Both the position numbers and the translations under genes were made by a program. From Desulfatiglandales bacterium (GTDB lineage: Bacteria; Desulfobacterota; DSM-4660; Desulfatiglandales; HGW-15), in contig CAXXJJ010000001.1 of NCBI GenBank assembly GCA_963667015.2, positions 1,984,001 to 2,048,000 on the forward strand: a stretch of 64,000 nt of DNA. The letters run 5' to 3'. Positions 60,995 through 64,000 of this stretch are shown here, piece by piece (position 1 is the first letter of the stretch; each line of letters starts with the position of its first letter). The notes under the pieces were generated by a model that ran no database searches, was not told where the DNA came from, and saw only the letters and a program-made list of their open reading frames with translations.

Positions 60995-62203
60995 ATGAAT
61001 ACAGCTGAAATAAATAAATCCTATTATCGATGGTATATCCTTTTCCTTGGAATGATGTCCTATTTTTTTATTGCGGGTATTTCAAGGATGTGTATGCCCG
61101 TCCTGTTTAAAGAAATTTCAGAGGATATCGGACTTAGTATGCTTCAGATCGGCGCTGTATGGGGTATGGACCCTCTTGCCGGAGTATTTATTGCCCTGCC
61201 CGGCGGATTAATTGTCGATCGTTTCGGTGTAAAGCGCACAATGTTTTTTATGGGCATATTTGCCGGTTTATTTGGAGCTATCAGGGGGTTATCCGTAAAT
61301 TTTATCAGCATGGCTGCCACCATGTATTTATTCGGTTTAACGGCTGCAACAATGCCCAGCATTATCCCCAAGGTAACGGCAGAATGGTTCAGGGGAAAGG
61401 AACTGGGGCTGTCCAATGCACTGCTTAATATTGTATGGGCACTGGGGTCGATGACTGCAACATTATTAAGTGCAACCTATTTTTCTCCTCTCCTTGGCGG
61501 ATGGAGGAGAGTCATGTTTCTGTATGGAGTACCATGTGTTATTCTGGGCCTGATCTGGATTGTAACGGGAAAGGACAAACCGGCTGAAGCAGGTTCAGGT
61601 AATATCTCCGGCAATACACAATCTTTGTTCAATTCGCTGAAACATGTAATAAAGATAAGAGAAGTATGGATATTAGGTCTTATTACTCTCACATACTGGG
61701 GTTCAAGTATGGGGTTTGTTGGATATCTTCCGACTTATCTAAAAGTCATCGGCTGGACAACTTTTCAGGCGGACAGCACCGTTACAGTATTGGCCGGTGT
61801 TGCATTGCTTGGCACCCTTCCCGTAGTCTTACTTTCTGACAGGCTGGGATCAAGAAAAGGTGTATTGTTTATATCATTTATGATTATGGTCTTAACTGTT
61901 TTTGCCCTGCCATTTTTTAAAGGTCCATTCGTATGGGTACTGGTAATATTAACCGGTTTTACTCGTACAGGTGCGGCAGCCCTGTTTAATGTAATGGTTA
62001 TTGAGATAAAGGAAGTCGGGAGTGAATACAGCGGGACTGCAATAGGTCTTGTAAGCGCCATAGGTATGTTTGGAGCCTTTCTTGCCCCTCCGCTCGGAAA
62101 CAGCCTTGAAGTATATAATAACGGCTATCCCTTTATCTTTTGGGCGTGTCTTGCAGCAGCGGGATTACCTTTGTTTGCGTTTCTGAAGAAGGGTGATGAT
62201 TAA
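60995..62203 (+). CDS. MFS transporter
   Basis: GLIVDRFGVKR and LSDRLGSRK motif A; 12 TM. Confidence 0.9.
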   Translation: MNTAEINKSYYRWYILFLGMMSYFFIAGISRMCMPVLFKEISEDIGLSMLQIGAVWGMDPLAGVFIALPGGLIVDRFGVKRTMFFMGIFAGLFGAIRGLSVNFISMAATMYLFGLTAATMPSIIPKVTAEWFRGKELGLSNALLNIVWALGSMTATLLSATYFSPLLGGWRRVMFLYGVPCVILGLIWIVTGKDKPAEAGSGNISGNTQSLFNSLKHVIKIREVWILGLITLTYWGSSMGFVGYLPTYLKVIGWTTFQADSTVTVLAGVALLGTLPVVLLSDRLGSRKGVLFISFMIMVLTVFALPFFKGPFVWVLVILTGFTRTGAAALFNVMVIEIKEVGSEYSGTAIGLVSAIGMFGAFLAPPLGNSLEVYNNGYPFIFWACLAAAGLPLFAFLKKGDD

Positions 62204-62236
62204 AAAAAGGGGCGAAGATTATTCACCCCTTTTTTG
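62203..62236. terminator. Bidirectional terminator
   Basis: aaaaaaggggcgaa...ttcacccctttttt between convergent genes. Confidence 0.7.
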
Positions 62237-62272
62237 ACCCTGGGCCATAAACCTCAAACCGTAGACCGTTTG

Positions 62273-63607
62273 TTAATATGTCCCGTATTCCTTGGCTGCC
62301 TCGAACATTGCCCTGATGTTGTCAAACTTCGCCTCATCAGCCGTTGCGCCCGGTGCCAGTATATAACCTCCGCCCTTTCCAACATTTTCGATGAGTTTCT
62401 TTGAGTGGGCTTTGACATCTTCAGCCTTACCTGTAACAATCATTGATGTGGGGACATTTCCCATAATACATTGAGAGTTCCCGAGGATTTCCTTTGCTTT
62501 AAAGATATCCGTCTGATCAAAATACCATATCACACCTTTATCAGGCAGGTCCTGAACTAACTCAAGGCGTGAGTTGTATCCTCCTTCGGCAAAAAGAAGT
62601 GGAACAAGTCCCTCGTTGATATATCCCTCAACAACACGTTTAAGGAAAGGCCAGTAGAATGTTTTAAATTGCGTTTCCGACATGAAGCCGTCAGCACCGC
62701 GATGGAGAGGCATGAATATTACAGGTGTTCCTGCCTTGTTGGGCATGGCCGAAACCATTTTTATACTTGTTTCCACCTGCCTGTCCATGTAGGCGAGCAG
62801 GCGTTCCGGTCTCTGGAACATATCCATTATTGTACCCTTGGTACCTCTCAAACCTGCACCCAGAGCGTCAAGCGGGGCTCCGCCTCCGATATCGAACCTG
62901 AAGAAATTGGGAAATCCCATTGATAGCCCGCGATCTACAATAGCCATTATTGCCTTTCGCCATTCTGTTGCTATCTCCTGGGATTTGGCAAAGGCCTGGA
63001 AACCTGCCTGGACATCCGGGGCAGCGAATGCCGAAACCAGGGAGGCACCGCCGTATCCACCAAGCAGGGAGAGAGGCGGGAGACTGGCAAAGGGTTCTGC
63101 TGCTTCATGAGTGCGGGGCAGCAGCATCCTGAGATTAAAATCGGACGGATCATTCTCTAAATGATCCCATTCCTCTGCCTTCATTATTTCAATCTCTACG
63201 TGCTGGGGCGCCACATTATCAGGAAGCCCGTGTCCGGCCCATTTGCTGGTTTTAACACCTATTATTTCCATGGCCTTGCCGCTTCGGATCAGATTTGCAT
63301 CCGGCAGGACATCCAGATCAAAGTCATCCATATACCTGAACCAGGCCTTTAAAAGTTTTTCAGAATCATACATTACTTCTTTTATGGAAAACCCCGAGTA
63401 AAAGGCCGGTGCATAGCCGGGATGGCATATCACTGGAACCCTGTCCGGTTCTTCAAGTTTGATTGCTGAAATTATTCTGCTGACCCTTTTTTTGTAATTC
63501 TCTTCTGCCTCCGGGCTTTCAAACTTAATATCCCCGGGGTTAAGCCAGCTTCTAAATCTTTCCTCTCGTTTTTCTTCAGGCGAAAGTTCTGCCCATTCCT
63601 TTTCCAT
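62273..63607 (-). CDS. Uroporphyrinogen decarboxylase / MtaA-CmuA family protein
   Basis: EPDRVPV, FMS..QFKTFYWP.LK, CIMGNVP, GGYILAPG. Confidence 0.88.
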   Translation of the reverse strand: MEKEWAELSPEEKREERFRSWLNPGDIKFESPEAEENYKKRVSRIISAIKLEEPDRVPVICHPGYAPAFYSGFSIKEVMYDSEKLLKAWFRYMDDFDLDVLPDANLIRSGKAMEIIGVKTSKWAGHGLPDNVAPQHVEIEIMKAEEWDHLENDPSDFNLRMLLPRTHEAAEPFASLPPLSLLGGYGGASLVSAFAAPDVQAGFQAFAKSQEIATEWRKAIMAIVDRGLSMGFPNFFRFDIGGGAPLDALGAGLRGTKGTIMDMFQRPERLLAYMDRQVETSIKMVSAMPNKAGTPVIFMPLHRGADGFMSETQFKTFYWPFLKRVVEGYINEGLVPLLFAEGGYNSRLELVQDLPDKGVIWYFDQTDIFKAKEILGNSQCIMGNVPTSMIVTGKAEDVKAHSKKLIENVGKGGGYILAPGATADEAKFDNIRAMFEAAKEYGTY

Positions 63608-63742
63608 TGTATTCTCGCACTCCTTTTTTATGATTTAACGATCCAGTGACAGTAATGGATTAGCTTGTTTTATCCTCAGAACAAATTATTTTGATAATTT
63701 ATTATTCCAATTTGTTTGTCAACAATGAACAAAAATATCTTT

Positions 63743-64000
63743 TTACCCCTGCCTGATTTCCTTAACAAGTTTTTTAAGTTCCGGTACCCTTTGAATTTTA
63801 TCTTCGTCCCAGCACGATAATAGACAGTTGTTATGAAATATCGGGTCATTTTTAAGGTCATACCTTGAACAGGCAAGAGATGATTCCCAGAGGGGTGTTC
63901 CGGGAAGAGGGGAGTATTCGGCCAGATATGGCATTGCACCTGCCGTATCGGCAAATTTAACGGTTTCAGTTACTGATTCAACGGACTGGCCCGGAAGACC
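63743..64000 (-). CDS. C-terminus of a probable radical SAM protein (starts outside window)
   Basis: Frame open to the window edge: GLPGQSVESV.ETV.F...AEYSPLPGTPLW. Confidence 0.65.
   Translation of the reverse strand, partial: GLPGQSVESVTETVKFADTAGAMPYLAEYSPLPGTPLWESSLACSRYDLKNDPIFHNNCLLSCWDEDKIQRVPELKKLVKEIRQG

Noticed and set aside
873..63954. Numerous short antisense or overlapping ORFs in the ORF track
   Set aside because: They are shadows of well-supported genes and have no motifs or RBS.

Overview
Bacterial chromosomal window; gene content suggests an anaerobic deltaproteobacterium (Desulfobacterota-like), which is an inference. Left end: an amtB-glnK-glnD operon under a sigma54 promoter, divergent from carB, a PurF-like gene lacking the catalytic Cys, and DUF1846. 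About 15.8-21.8 kb: a GntR/YtrA-regulated ABC exporter locus made of three tandem ATPase-permease units; one ATPase is collapsed to a 23-aa remnant and one permease is frameshifted. About 29.0-36.9 kb is the most striking region: an integron-type gene cassette array on the minus strand with 5 full attC sites, 2 truncated ones and a terminal toxin-antitoxin cassette. There is no IntI in the window. The attI position is instead occupied by an element encoding a non-IntI tyrosine recombinase and an IS91-family HUH/Y2 transposase, bounded by GTT at both ends. At 48.8-50.5 kb, two ORFs are really one lipoprotein selenoprotein (in-frame UGA, U-D-S-C motif, SECIS-like hairpin). The right part carries transporters, Tat-exported cupin and fucose-isomerase-like proteins, hsp20-hsp20-dnaJ-like genes, a second amtB with the same sigma54/enhancer layout, and a UroD/MtaA-family gene. 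Intergenic regions are rich in REP/MITE-like repeats. No rRNA, tRNA or CRISPR array was seen.
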